In this document: one piece after another, positions 38,199 to 46,711 of the stretch
Layout: every line of letters starts with the position of its first letter
Numbering within the stretch: the first letter of the stretch is position 1
Source: a virus
IMG/VR virus record: IMGVR_UViG_3300005673_000003
Coordinates: 84,729 to 148,728 of that record
Length of the DNA: 64,000 nucleotides
Strand: one strand, 5' to 3'
Notes under the pieces: generated by a model
What the model saw: only the letters and a program-made list of their open reading frames with translations
What the model was told of the DNA's origin: nothing
The model's database searches: none
Made by a program: the position numbers and the translations under genes

Positions 38199-39018
38199 TC
38201 ACCAGCTAATCCCCCTGCCTGCCCACAGCTTGGTTGCCTCCTCTTCCATCCGCTTATATTTGCGGATAGCCGCTCGAAGGACATGGATGTTTGCAGCCAG
38301 GGCAGCATCGCTTTCCTTGTACCTGGGAACCTGCTGAATCCCTGCAATATCACCGCGCCCAAACCGCAAGCTGGCAACCCATGAACTCGAATCAGAGGAG
38401 AAGCAGGGATAGCGTTTCATCGCCCAATCGCTGGTTATCCCCAGCAGATGCACCTTGGGCATTTTGCCAGTCTTGCGATATTGGGCCATGACAATTTGGA
38501 AGCAGTGATCTAGCCAAGCCTGTAGCAACTTCCGGTTGCCAGAATGGGGCACCAGTCCGCCCAGTGCGACGTAATCATAATTTTCAATCGCTCTTTGCAG
38601 ATGGATAATATCCGCGCCAAAAGTAATGATCGGGATGGGTCGCATCCCTAGCCCTTCTAAAATTGATTGATTAATCCATGAAGCATCTTGATCTCCAATC
38701 ACATCCAGGTTCATGAAGTGAAGCGAGTCCATCCGGTGCCGCCAGCGGCTATCAAAATCCTTTGCCCACTCAGCGTACTCTTTAGGGTCAACTGCCTTGC
38801 CAAGCGTGAATGCCGTGAACGCTCCAGAGTCAATGATTACTCTGGGTCTGATGCCTTGCTGTTGCAGGACGGGTTTGTAGGCTGGCTCCTCATTTTTGTA
38901 GGCATAGCTCATGTTTGTAGGCATAGCTCATGAGATGGTTCGAGGTTGATTCGAGTAAAAGGATTTGCTGCTGAATCCGGCTATTACCAGATGGATTCGC
39001 CGCGATATAGATATTCAT
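38199..39018 (-). pseudogene. DpdA/TGT-like paralogue 1, frameshifted near its 5' end by a 19-bp tandem duplication
   Basis: ATG 39018 overlaps the queC stop (TAATG); removing one repeat unit restores MNIYIAAN...NHLMSYAYKNEE...IIDSGAFT; the core ORF 38199-38924 is intact. Confidence 0.75.
38895..38932. repeat. perfect 19-bp tandem duplication
   Basis: TTTGTAGGCATAGCTCATG x2. Confidence 0.95.
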
Positions 39019-39728
39019 TAAGCGGTCACTGGCTGCAATTCCCGATGCTTCCAGATTGGGTCAGGAACGCCCGCCTCTTGGAAGCCTCTATCTCTTAGCA
39101 AGCAGGCCGCACATTTACCGCAACCCCCTTTAACGCCTTGATAGCAGGTATGAGTCAGCTTCATGATTGACTCAAATTTATCTCCCATCACCTCCATTGC
39201 TAGGTGGACTGATTGAGCCTTGGTGAGGCTCATTAACGGAGTTTCGATAATGAATTTCCCAGGCTCTCCAAAATTGGCAAGGCTTAAAGCATCCTGAAGC
39301 GCATCAATAAATACTCTGCGGCAATCTGGATAGCCAGAATAATCCGTCTCGCATACACCAGTAAACAATGTATCAATCCCTCGCACGATCGCTCGATTGG
39401 ATGCAATCGTAAGGAACAAAGCATTTCTGGATGGTACAAAGGTGCTGGCTATACCATCCGGTACATCCCCAGGAGCAGAATATTCTGGCACCTGATTATC
39501 AGAAACCAGCGGCGAGGTTCCTTTAAGCACTTTCCCCAGCTCGATAACTTCATGGGATTCAACGCCCATAATCTTGCCTATCTGCACTGCAGATTCAATC
39601 TCGATTGAATGCTTTTGGCCGTAATCGAATGTGACGCAGTGTACTTTATCGAAAACCTGCTTAGCAACCGCCAAACAGGTTGTAGAGTCCTGACCGCCGC
39701 TAAGAATAACCAAACATTGATTAGACAT
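39018..39728 (-). CDS. queC: 7-cyano-7-deazaguanine synthase
   Basis: SGGQDSTT, VPSRN, YPDCR, TCY...CGKCAAC. Confidence 0.97.
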   Translation of the reverse strand: MSNQCLVILSGGQDSTTCLAVAKQVFDKVHCVTFDYGQKHSIEIESAVQIGKIMGVESHEVIELGKVLKGTSPLVSDNQVPEYSAPGDVPDGIASTFVPSRNALFLTIASNRAIVRGIDTLFTGVCETDYSGYPDCRRVFIDALQDALSLANFGEPGKFIIETPLMSLTKAQSVHLAMEVMGDKFESIMKLTHTCYQGVKGGCGKCAACLLRDRGFQEAGVPDPIWKHRELQPVTA

Positions 39729-39903
39729 TATTCCTTCCTTGATAGGGTTTGCAGATTTCGTTCCAGACTCTCTCGTAAGCTATCTCGTACTCTCTGTAAG
39801 CAAAACTCATCAGGTAATTGGCCCATAACTCTTGAGTCATCACCTGTCCGGTAAAAATTGATTGATGACTGCGATCGTTAGGCTGGCTAAGGTGGATTTG
39901 CAT
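39721..39903 (-). CDS. stand-alone DpdA N-terminal-module protein
   Basis: MQIHL...NYLMSFAYREYE...W matches the N-terminal modules of the DpdA-like paralogues. Confidence 0.65.
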   Translation of the reverse strand: MQIHLSQPNDRSHQSIFTGQVMTQELWANYLMSFAYREYEIAYERVWNEICKPYQGRNNV

Positions 39904-39914
39904 ACTGCTATCGA

Positions 39915-40099
39915 CTAAGGATTACGAGTGTTTTCGATATGGCTGATTAGAGCTTCCCAGTACTGTTTCCATCGGTGTTCATGCTCTCGAAATGCGTAGG
40001 ACATTAAACTATTGCAGTAGAGTTCATCTGCCAAAAGAACCCTGAAGTCCTTACCGTCTGGCCTGTTATCCCCCCCGATTTAGCTAGATGAATTCTCAT
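39915..40099 (-). pseudogene. stand-alone DpdA N-terminal module, frameshifted at a G7 tract
   Basis: ATG overlaps the folE stop (ATGA); with G8 it reads [51 protein letters not shown]... Confidence 0.65.
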
Positions 40100-41763
40100 C
40101 TCATCAACTCCAGTACTTCTGCTCTAGCGCTTGCATCCTTCCGAAACACCCCACGCATACAGCTTGTAACCGTCTCCGAACCAGGCTTAAGCACTCCGCG
40201 AGTGGTCATGCAAGTATGGGCAGCCTTGAGAATTACAGCTACTCCAGACGGGTTAAGGATGCGCTCAATGGCATCTGCTAACTGGTCAGTCAATCGCTCT
40301 TGCAATTGAGGTCGAGCGGCTAAAATATCCAGGCAGCGAGGAATCTTGGATAGCCCAACTACCTTTCCTGATGGGATGTAAGCTACATGAGCAACACCGT
40401 AGAAGGGAAGCAAATGATGCTCACAATTATGGGTTAGTATCCCGCAAACCAGGAAAGTCGGATGCTCATCACACTGAAAGCTATAAACCTTTATCGGCTT
40501 ATCAATTGTTTCGACGGATGCTACCGGAATAAATTCGCTTTCTCCCAGATCTAGGGTATGCTCAATCTGCTCAAACCCATGCTTGTTAAACCATCCCCGT
40601 CTATCCCATCCCATCCCGATATACATTGCGAAGCATCCAGCACCGTTATTTACGGGATAAGGCTTTGAGCCAACTGCATCTCCAAGTTCATCTAAGAAGC
40701 CCTTATTTGTGCTTACGATGATTTGAGCAACCCCCTTCTTAAGCTGCTTTTGTGAACCATCTCCATCGGTGTATCCCTCAAGAAATCCATCCATAATGGA
40801 TTGATCTGTCAGTACGATTTTTGGCAATCGAAATATTTTCGTCTTTGATTTGCTGCCCAGATTAAACGGAAGCCCAAGCTGCTTTAGTAGGCGTTTCGCA
40901 ATTTGGCTTGACGTGAATCTAACTCGGAATTGATCTACATCCTCCTTCCTGAATCCGCTACGCTTCTTAATTTTTTGTATGGGCACCTGAACTCCAAATG
41001 CTCCCACTAATGCTTTTTGAAACTTCTCAGCAAACCATTCATCGCAAACCTCCAGGCATACTCGCCTAGCATCCTGGATCGAACCATCAGAAGCGATCGC
41101 GCCAAGCACGTATCCCAGATCCCTATTCAGATTAAAGGCAAATTGCTCTTTACATAAAGTTCTGGGATTAATCCATTCGATAAGCTCTCCCGGATTAAGT
41201 TTGCCAGCTTCCTGCCAGCCGTACGGGGTTTTAATTGGATGATCTGGAGTAACCCCTATCTCGATGCCGTTGATAAGCTTTAATCGGGTTATCGAAGGAG
41301 CTTCATGAGAGGTGACGGATTTAACCGTAGTCTGCACTGGAATTCCATGCTGAAGAGTCCATAGCCTATCTCCAGCTTTAATACTCCTTGCTTTTCTTGC
41401 CCCGCCAACCGCATTTACCAATTGATAGCCTGGTAAACATAAGCTGAAAAACTGAATATCCCGAATCAGTACTATCTCATCATGGGTGCATTCAAAGGTT
41501 TTTACGAGTGGCAGCAATGGGTCTTCATGCAATCCAGCCGTAATCGTCGCCCAATGCTTTGCAACCCTGGCAGGAGTATCTCGCATCCCATCGCCGTCAA
41601 GCTTAGCTCCCCACAATAAACGCATTGCCGAGGATAGATGTGTTTCCACCTGAGCGAGTGTAGAGGCATCGACTGGTGCAGGTTTCGTTGATCTGGACTG
41701 CAAGCAATCCTCTAAGTCCAGATTCTGAAAGTCGCTCGAAAAGCCATTCTGCGATCGCTTCAC
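40096..41763 (-). CDS. folE: GTP cyclohydrolase I with intein (true start uncertain, overlaps queD)
   Basis: RDTPARV, FSL|[30 protein letters not shown]. Confidence 0.9.
   Translation of the reverse strand: MKRSQNGFSSDFQNLDLEDCLQSRSTKPAPVDASTLAQVETHLSSAMRLLWGAKLDGDGMRDTPARVAKHWATITAGLHEDPLLPLVKTFECTHDEIVLIRDIQFFSLCLPGYQLVNAVGGARKARSIKAGDRLWTLQHGIPVQTTVKSVTSHEAPSITRLKLINGIEIGVTPDHPIKTPYGWQEAGKLNPGELIEWINPRTLCKEQFAFNLNRDLGYVLGAIASDGSIQDARRVCLEVCDEWFAEKFQKALVGAFGVQVPIQKIKKRSGFRKEDVDQFRVRFTSSQIAKRLLKQLGLPFNLGSKSKTKIFRLPKIVLTDQSIMDGFLEGYTDGDGSQKQLKKGVAQIIVSTNKGFLDELGDAVGSKPYPVNNGAGCFAMYIGMGWDRRGWFNKHGFEQIEHTLDLGESEFIPVASVETIDKPIKVYSFQCDEHPTFLVCGILTHNCEHHLLPFYGVAHVAYIPSGKVVGLSKIPRCLDILAARPQLQERLTDQLADAIERILNPSGVAVILKAAHTCMTTRGVLKPGSETVTSCMRGVFRKDASARAEVLELMR
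40426..41439 (-). mobile_element. intein with LAGLIDADG homing endonuclease (338 aa)
   Basis: starts CLPG, block [16 protein letters not shown] and [11 protein letters not shown], ends THN before C+1. Confidence 0.92.
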
Positions 41764-42031
41764 TCGTCGGATTCTCCATCTCTAATGTGTCGTTAAGATG
41801 CCAATGATCTAAAAATTGATTGATTAACGGATTGAGCGCTGCTTTGATTTCCGAATAATCCATCACCATACCCTGCTTAGGCCCAGCGGTTTGCAGTGCA
41901 TCCCCTTGGACGTAAATAATCCCTTTCCAGCTATGACCATGCAATCGGGCACACTTGCCATCATGGTTGGGCAGAAAATGAGATGCTTCAAAGGAAAACT
42001 CCTTTCCTAGAATCCATTTAGGTTGCATCAC
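41603..42031 (-). CDS. queD: 6-carboxytetrahydropterin synthase
   Basis: [17 protein letters not shown]...LND, NPTSE, ET. Confidence 0.95.
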   Translation of the reverse strand: MMQPKWILGKEFSFEASHFLPNHDGKCARLHGHSWKGIIYVQGDALQTAGPKQGMVMDYSEIKAALNPLINQFLDHWHLNDTLEMENPTSEAIAEWLFERLSESGLRGLLAVQINETCTSRCLYTRSGGNTSILGNAFIVGS

Positions 42032-42639
42032 CGCACTCCTATGTATTTGTGCATTTGAAGAGAAAGGCGGTAGCCAGGATTAGAGCGCAAGAGGTAAAGG
42101 CAGATTGGCAGCGTGCGCTCCCGGTCATCCCACTCCGACTGCAGGAAGACTGGCACCATTGGATCTTCTGGTAGCCACTTCCGATAGAATGCCAGCTCGT
42201 CGCCTGACGAAATGACGATTTTAATCTCGCTGGCATTTACCCAGAATTCGGGCTGCACCGGATACTTAGGATTCAGATGCTGTTTAGGGCTAAGTGTTAT
42301 CCATACCCCTGTAGGCAGCTTCTGCCATGCCGCTCCACTGGTTTCGATATGAACCGTTTTATTAGCGGCGTGCAGCGCTGCAACCAGCTCTGGTAGATTG
42401 CGCTGAATAAATGGCTCCCCACCCGTAATCACCACCCTGGAAGACTTTAATCTCCCAATCAAATCACTAATCTCTTGCTCTGATTGAGGTAAAAATTTGC
42501 CACCATCAGAGTAGCCGGTATCACACCATCGGCAACCAACCGGGCATCCATACAGCCTGATAAAGTCACATGGCGTGCCTGCCCAGTAGCCTTCCCCTTG
42601 GATTGTTTGCTGAAAATCTTCCTGGACTCGGATTCTCAC
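42028..42639 (-). CDS. queE: 7-carboxy-7-deazaguanine synthase (radical SAM)
   Basis: TIQGEG, FIRLYGCPVGCRWCDT, TGGEP, IETSG, LSPK, SLQMHK; GTG start at 42639. Confidence 0.93.
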   Translation of the reverse strand: MRIRVQEDFQQTIQGEGYWAGTPCDFIRLYGCPVGCRWCDTGYSDGGKFLPQSEQEISDLIGRLKSSRVVITGGEPFIQRNLPELVAALHAANKTVHIETSGAAWQKLPTGVWITLSPKQHLNPKYPVQPEFWVNASEIKIVISSGDELAFYRKWLPEDPMVPVFLQSEWDDRERTLPICLYLLRSNPGYRLSLQMHKYIGVR

Positions 42640-42730
42640 GGAAATGGGTGGGTTCGGGAGGGGTGAAGCCCCTGGCTTCAGACATGGGGAGGTAATAGCC
42701 CCTCCCGCGCCTGCGGTAGCAGGCAGAGTC

Positions 42731-44008
42731 TCAAAATCCATACGAATAACCGTCCTTCTTGTGGATTGGTTTGCAATATTTGTGGCTGATACCTGCCACC
42801 CTTCCGGCAGTGGTGTTGATATCGAAACTGCCTGATGCACGACAAAGAACTCGACCCACATAAGAGCCGATTTTCTTACCTGCTGTAACAGTTGCGGTAA
42901 CGATATCGCCTGTTTGAAAGCCTTTGTGAATCTGGACTCTGGATTTATGGCGAGTGGGAAAGCCGTACTTATCCGTTCCACACATCTGCCGACTTCCATG
43001 CCCTTTTGCCGCAATCAGCAACGGCTTTGAAGCGAGAACTTTCAACGTTCCAACATTGCCAACACACGCCGCATCAAACCAATGAGATTTAGGCAGATTT
43101 AACCGAGTGCGATTGAACTTGGTTTGTCCACCTGTCCCCGTGGTTACTGGCAAACCCGTTATCTTCAGAGCGTTGAACAATGCCCATCGGGTAGAGTTGA
43201 CCGCAGCCGCATCTTTAAGCGGTGATTTTGCCTGTTTGAGAATTCGACTCAGCAAATCAGGCTTATCCGCTAGAAAGTCTCGAATATCCTGATTCCCCTT
43301 GCTCTGATTGCAAGGATGACAAGCAAGAGCAAGATTAGAAACTCGGTCAGAACCACCCTTTGATTTCGGTTGGATATGTTCAATCTCAAGCGAAACATTT
43401 TCGACTGAGCAGTACGCGCACTTTCGATTCCACTTCTCCAGCAAATATTCTCGAACTTCGTAGCCTTGCAATTCTCCTTGCTGATACTCAACGCCTGAGA
43501 TTTCAGGATTTGAAATTAACTGCACATCGAACCGCACCAATTCTTGAGCGATGCTTGCGATCGGTGCAAGTCGCATAAACTTGCGAACCCAAGTGAGCGT
43601 TGTTAAAACGCGATGCTGCAATGACGGAGCAAGCCATCCATCAGGACGAGTGCGATTCAAGAATCGAGCCTTGCGATAGCGAGTTTTGCGATTCCGTCTA
43701 GAGCGTCGCAATTGACGACGGGATAGCAACGCATCCTTAATCTGTTGCCCTCGGTGTTGCAATTCGGCTCCAAAGATGAGTTTGTTGCCTTGCTTGATTG
43801 CGATTCCCGTGACTTTAGAGCCGGGATCTAGTTTGAGTTCCAAGTCTTGTACGGGCACATCGGGACAAGCTTCTTTCAGGATGATGGTGAATGGATATTT
43901 TCTGAACACAGCAGCTTTTCCTGCATTAAGGAGGTGACGTGCCGCTCCAGGGTGAACTGGGTCTAGCGGTCGTTTGTTGGTATCCAGCACAAAAACGAAA
44001 TTCGACAT
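42731..44008 (-). CDS. iscB: RNA-guided endonuclease IscB
   Basis: VFVLD...PLDP, LDPGS, RRQLRRSRR, ELVRFD, HNH CAYC...EHIQPKSKGG...NL...C..CN, HWFDAAC. Confidence 0.95.
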   Translation of the reverse strand: MSNFVFVLDTNKRPLDPVHPGAARHLLNAGKAAVFRKYPFTIILKEACPDVPVQDLELKLDPGSKVTGIAIKQGNKLIFGAELQHRGQQIKDALLSRRQLRRSRRNRKTRYRKARFLNRTRPDGWLAPSLQHRVLTTLTWVRKFMRLAPIASIAQELVRFDVQLISNPEISGVEYQQGELQGYEVREYLLEKWNRKCAYCSVENVSLEIEHIQPKSKGGSDRVSNLALACHPCNQSKGNQDIRDFLADKPDLLSRILKQAKSPLKDAAAVNSTRWALFNALKITGLPVTTGTGGQTKFNRTRLNLPKSHWFDAACVGNVGTLKVLASKPLLIAAKGHGSRQMCGTDKYGFPTRHKSRVQIHKGFQTGDIVTATVTAGKKIGSYVGRVLCRASGSFDINTTAGRVAGISHKYCKPIHKKDGYSYGF

Positions 44009-44263
44009 TTGAGAAACTCCATTTCTGGGTAATGTTCGCTTCGCCAATGTTTTAAGAGCTTGTTCGGCTAGTTGCACTTCCTTAACCCACTACAGATGTT
44101 TAGCAACTAGCGACAGAGCCAAGAACTAGCGACGTATCCTTGGGTGTCATGACTCGAAAAACGTAGTCCTCGAAGGACTTAGGCTGGTCATGTTGTGGCT
44201 CGTATCCCGCTCGAAGAGTCGGGCAGTCTACAAGCCCCTGCCTTTAGGCATGGGGTTCATGAC
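44009..44263 (-). ncRNA. omegaRNA scaffold of IscB
   Basis: ~255-nt non-coding region between the element end and iscB, with typical GACCAGCCTAAG, CTACGTT and CATTGGCGAAG segments. Confidence 0.75.
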
Positions 44264-44456
44264 GGAATCTCCTCCCGTTGCTGAGAAATAATTGTTGAGA
44301 AATACAAGACAGCATAACCGATTGATCTCTAAATAATTAACCAATTTATAGCCGCTACATCTCCCAATAGTAAAGCACCCTAGCGTAGGAATCCAGAGTG
44401 CTGCAAGGGTTTATTCTTGATAATTCCGTGTGAACTATATTGTAGCTCTATCTAAG

Positions 44457-45305
44457 TCAAATAGCTTTTAGATCGAACAAGGATAATTGCGGGATGCGAT
44501 CGCGAGCCTCAGGGGATACCCAAAGATATTCGCATTCCTTGCCAATCCGCTTACTAATGACTATCCAGCCATCCGGCTTATGCTTTTCGTAAAGCTCGGA
44601 AGTGTAGCCGCTGACGATAGCAGATCTCCCTTGAAGCATCTCCAGTGCCAATACATGCTCCTTGTCCGAAAATTCGCAAGCATACTGCCTGCGAGATGCC
44701 GTTTTCTGCGGATTTTTAGCCCGATTATCTTTCGATTTTCGAGCTTCCTGGACGTAGGGAGGATCCAGGTAATAGAGGATGCTGGGGTCTTTTGGCATCG
44801 CTTTTAGCACATCAAAGCATGATTCCTGGCGAATGCTGACACACCGAAGGCGATCGCTGCAGGCCCATAAATGGAATGGATTCGCTTCCTCCCTGGTAGC
44901 ACTCCCCCTGCCACTACTCCACCGAGTTCCTCCACCACTCCAGGATAGATGGCTATAGCAATAGAATTGAGCAGCCAGCTCGATACCATCAAGACCTTCT
45001 TCCTGATGGACTGCTAGCGGATCTCGCAGAAGGAATACATCATCCTCTTCATCTAGAAACCTGTAAATCGCTTCTATCAGCTCTGCTGGGTTGCCTTTAA
45101 GCACTTGCATGAAATTGCAAGCTGGCTGATAAATATCGCAGTAAATCTCTGTAGGGGCAGGATTCTTCGCGAATAGCATTGCACCAGAGCCGCCGCATAA
45201 ATCAACATACTGTTGATGCGGCGGAAATGAGCCTAAAATCCATTCGGCCCACTTCCACTTTGCTCCAAAGTACGGGATTGCTGGCTTGAGAATCCTGCCT
45301 ACCAT
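44457..45305 (-). CDS. Dam-like (D12 class) N6-adenine DNA methyltransferase
   Basis: PYFGAK, DLCGGSG, YLDPPY, VSGY. Confidence 0.85.
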   Translation of the reverse strand: MVGRILKPAIPYFGAKWKWAEWILGSFPPHQQYVDLCGGSGAMLFAKNPAPTEIYCDIYQPACNFMQVLKGNPAELIEAIYRFLDEEDDVFLLRDPLAVHQEEGLDGIELAAQFYCYSHLSWSGGGTRWSSGRGSATREEANPFHLWACSDRLRCVSIRQESCFDVLKAMPKDPSILYYLDPPYVQEARKSKDNRAKNPQKTASRRQYACEFSDKEHVLALEMLQGRSAIVSGYTSELYEKHKPDGWIVISKRIGKECEYLWVSPEARDRIPQLSLFDLKAI

Positions 45306-45523
45306 TGATAGCCCTTGCGAACTGCAATGTACTTCCAGCCGTCTTCTGTTTTCTGCCAAACCCGCATCCAGCGATCGCAAGCTGGGAGAGGGCAATCTTT
45401 ATAAAAAGAAAGGCGAACTTGCTGGCCCACTACTGCAAATTGATAGCTCTCGATCAACTCTTTTAAGTCCGCTCCAATCTGTTTAGGATCGGGAGTCGGA
45501 GCAAAGTTGCGACAATCGTACAT
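45299..45523 (-). CDS. small hypothetical protein
   Basis: GGAGG RBS and 12-mer motif upstream. Confidence 0.55.
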   Translation of the reverse strand: MYDCRNFAPTPDPKQIGADLKELIESYQFAVVGQQVRLSFYKDCPLPACDRWMRVWQKTEDGWKYIAVRKGYQW

Positions 45524-45553
45524 AAGTCCTCCGATTAATTGATTGATTTTAGA

Positions 45554-46711
45554 TTAGCTTGCCAGCCCTAACGTTTTTTGCTCGGCATTCAATACACTCT
45601 TTAGCTCTTTGACGGACAGATTGAAATACGACTTCTTAAGTTCGCTTCCCAGATACTTTCTACCCATCTTTAATGCTGCGTAACCAGTGCTAGCCCTTCC
45701 ATTGAACGGATCACAAATCACGTCGCCTTCATTACTCCAAAGTTCGATCGAGCGTGCTATCACATCGATTTGTAGAGGGCAAAGATGCGGCTCCTCTTCA
45801 TTCTCCTTAGCGCCATTCACGTTCAGGACGTTGGTTTGCTTCATATCAAACCAGACCGGAGAAGCGTATTTCTGCCAAACCTTAATAGAGAAATCGCGAG
45901 GATCTAAAACCTCGCCATACCAATAGGATATCCCATCGCGATCGCTCCACTTCAGTCTGCTATCAAAAGGTGGCTGTTCGCCAATGTAGCCAGTGGAATC
46001 AAACCGGTATAGTCCATCATCCTTACGGTTGACTGGCTTCACGCTATCCATTGTAGTCATCTCTTCAGACCATTTGCGGAACACCAGCAAATAATCGGCC
46101 ATTCCTTGACGGCTAACACTAGAATCTTTGCAGAGTTGAGAGTGTAGTAACCCATGATTGTTGGTGCGCTCCATCTCCGTTTTTGGACACTTCCAAATCG
46201 TTACCCGCGAATGGAATACCCATGACTGGGATTGCTGCCAGATAAGCTCCTTTTCGAGTGCATCAATCTTTTGATCAAATAATCGAAGATCGCAATCCAG
46301 GGAAGCTGCGATCGCTCTTGCCTCCCTCATTGCGTCCAATCGGATTACTAATTCCTCTACCGCATCCCCAGTAAATCTGCGAATGATGTTGCCAGGGAAA
46401 TCCTTTAGTCCTGCAACGCCATCTCGCCCCTTAAACAAGGGTAAGTCTTTGCAATGGATCACAGCAAGCCTGCCTGGAGTAGTGCAACGGTAAAGTTCAG
46501 GAATCAGGTAGTCAAAGCTTCGGTAAAACTGCTCGTCATCCTCCACGTTGCCCATATCCCGTGCGCTAGGAGAGTAAGTATAAAGATTGCAGAACGGAGG
46601 ACTGGTGATAGTTAGGTCAATAAAATTTGAAGGTAGAGCGCTGAGTACTTCGACCGAATCAGCGTTATACAATTGCCAGTTATCGCCGGATGATTGATCT
46701 AAAACTTTCAT
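45554..46711 (-). CDS. N4-C/N6-A DNA methyltransferase (beta class)
   Basis: TSPPF, HLCPLQ, DPFNG; ATGA-coupled to the helicase. Confidence 0.88.
   Translation of the reverse strand: MKVLDQSSGDNWQLYNADSVEVLSALPSNFIDLTITSPPFCNLYTYSPSARDMGNVEDDEQFYRSFDYLIPELYRCTTPGRLAVIHCKDLPLFKGRDGVAGLKDFPGNIIRRFTGDAVEELVIRLDAMREARAIAASLDCDLRLFDQKIDALEKELIWQQSQSWVFHSRVTIWKCPKTEMERTNNHGLLHSQLCKDSSVSRQGMADYLLVFRKWSEEMTTMDSVKPVNRKDDGLYRFDSTGYIGEQPPFDSRLKWSDRDGISYWYGEVLDPRDFSIKVWQKYASPVWFDMKQTNVLNVNGAKENEEEPHLCPLQIDVIARSIELWSNEGDVICDPFNGRASTGYAALKMGRKYLGSELKKSYFNLSVKELKSVLNAEQKTLGLAS

Larger units (their letters stand above)
42640..44263 (-). mobile_element. IS200/IS605-superfamily IscB element (non-autonomous, no tnpA)
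   Basis: left end GTCATGAACCCCATGCCTAAAGGCAGGGGCTTG and right-end hairpin CCCCATGTCTGAAGCCAGGGG; removal joins GGAGGAGATTCC to GTGAGA. Confidence 0.85.

Noticed and set aside
42640-43014. ORF-track 328-aa QueE with a long N-terminus
   Set aside because: The extension is an alternative frame of iscB and the IS right end; QueE homology starts at GTG 42639
44009-44077. N-terminal extension of IscB (MQLAEQ...)
   Set aside because: Lies in the omegaRNA; the family starts at MSNFVFVLD after a GGAG RBS
42640-44263. IStron (group I intron-IS hybrid) restoring queE by splicing
   Set aside because: The non-coding portion is accounted for by the omegaRNA and IS ends; no group I core is recognisable
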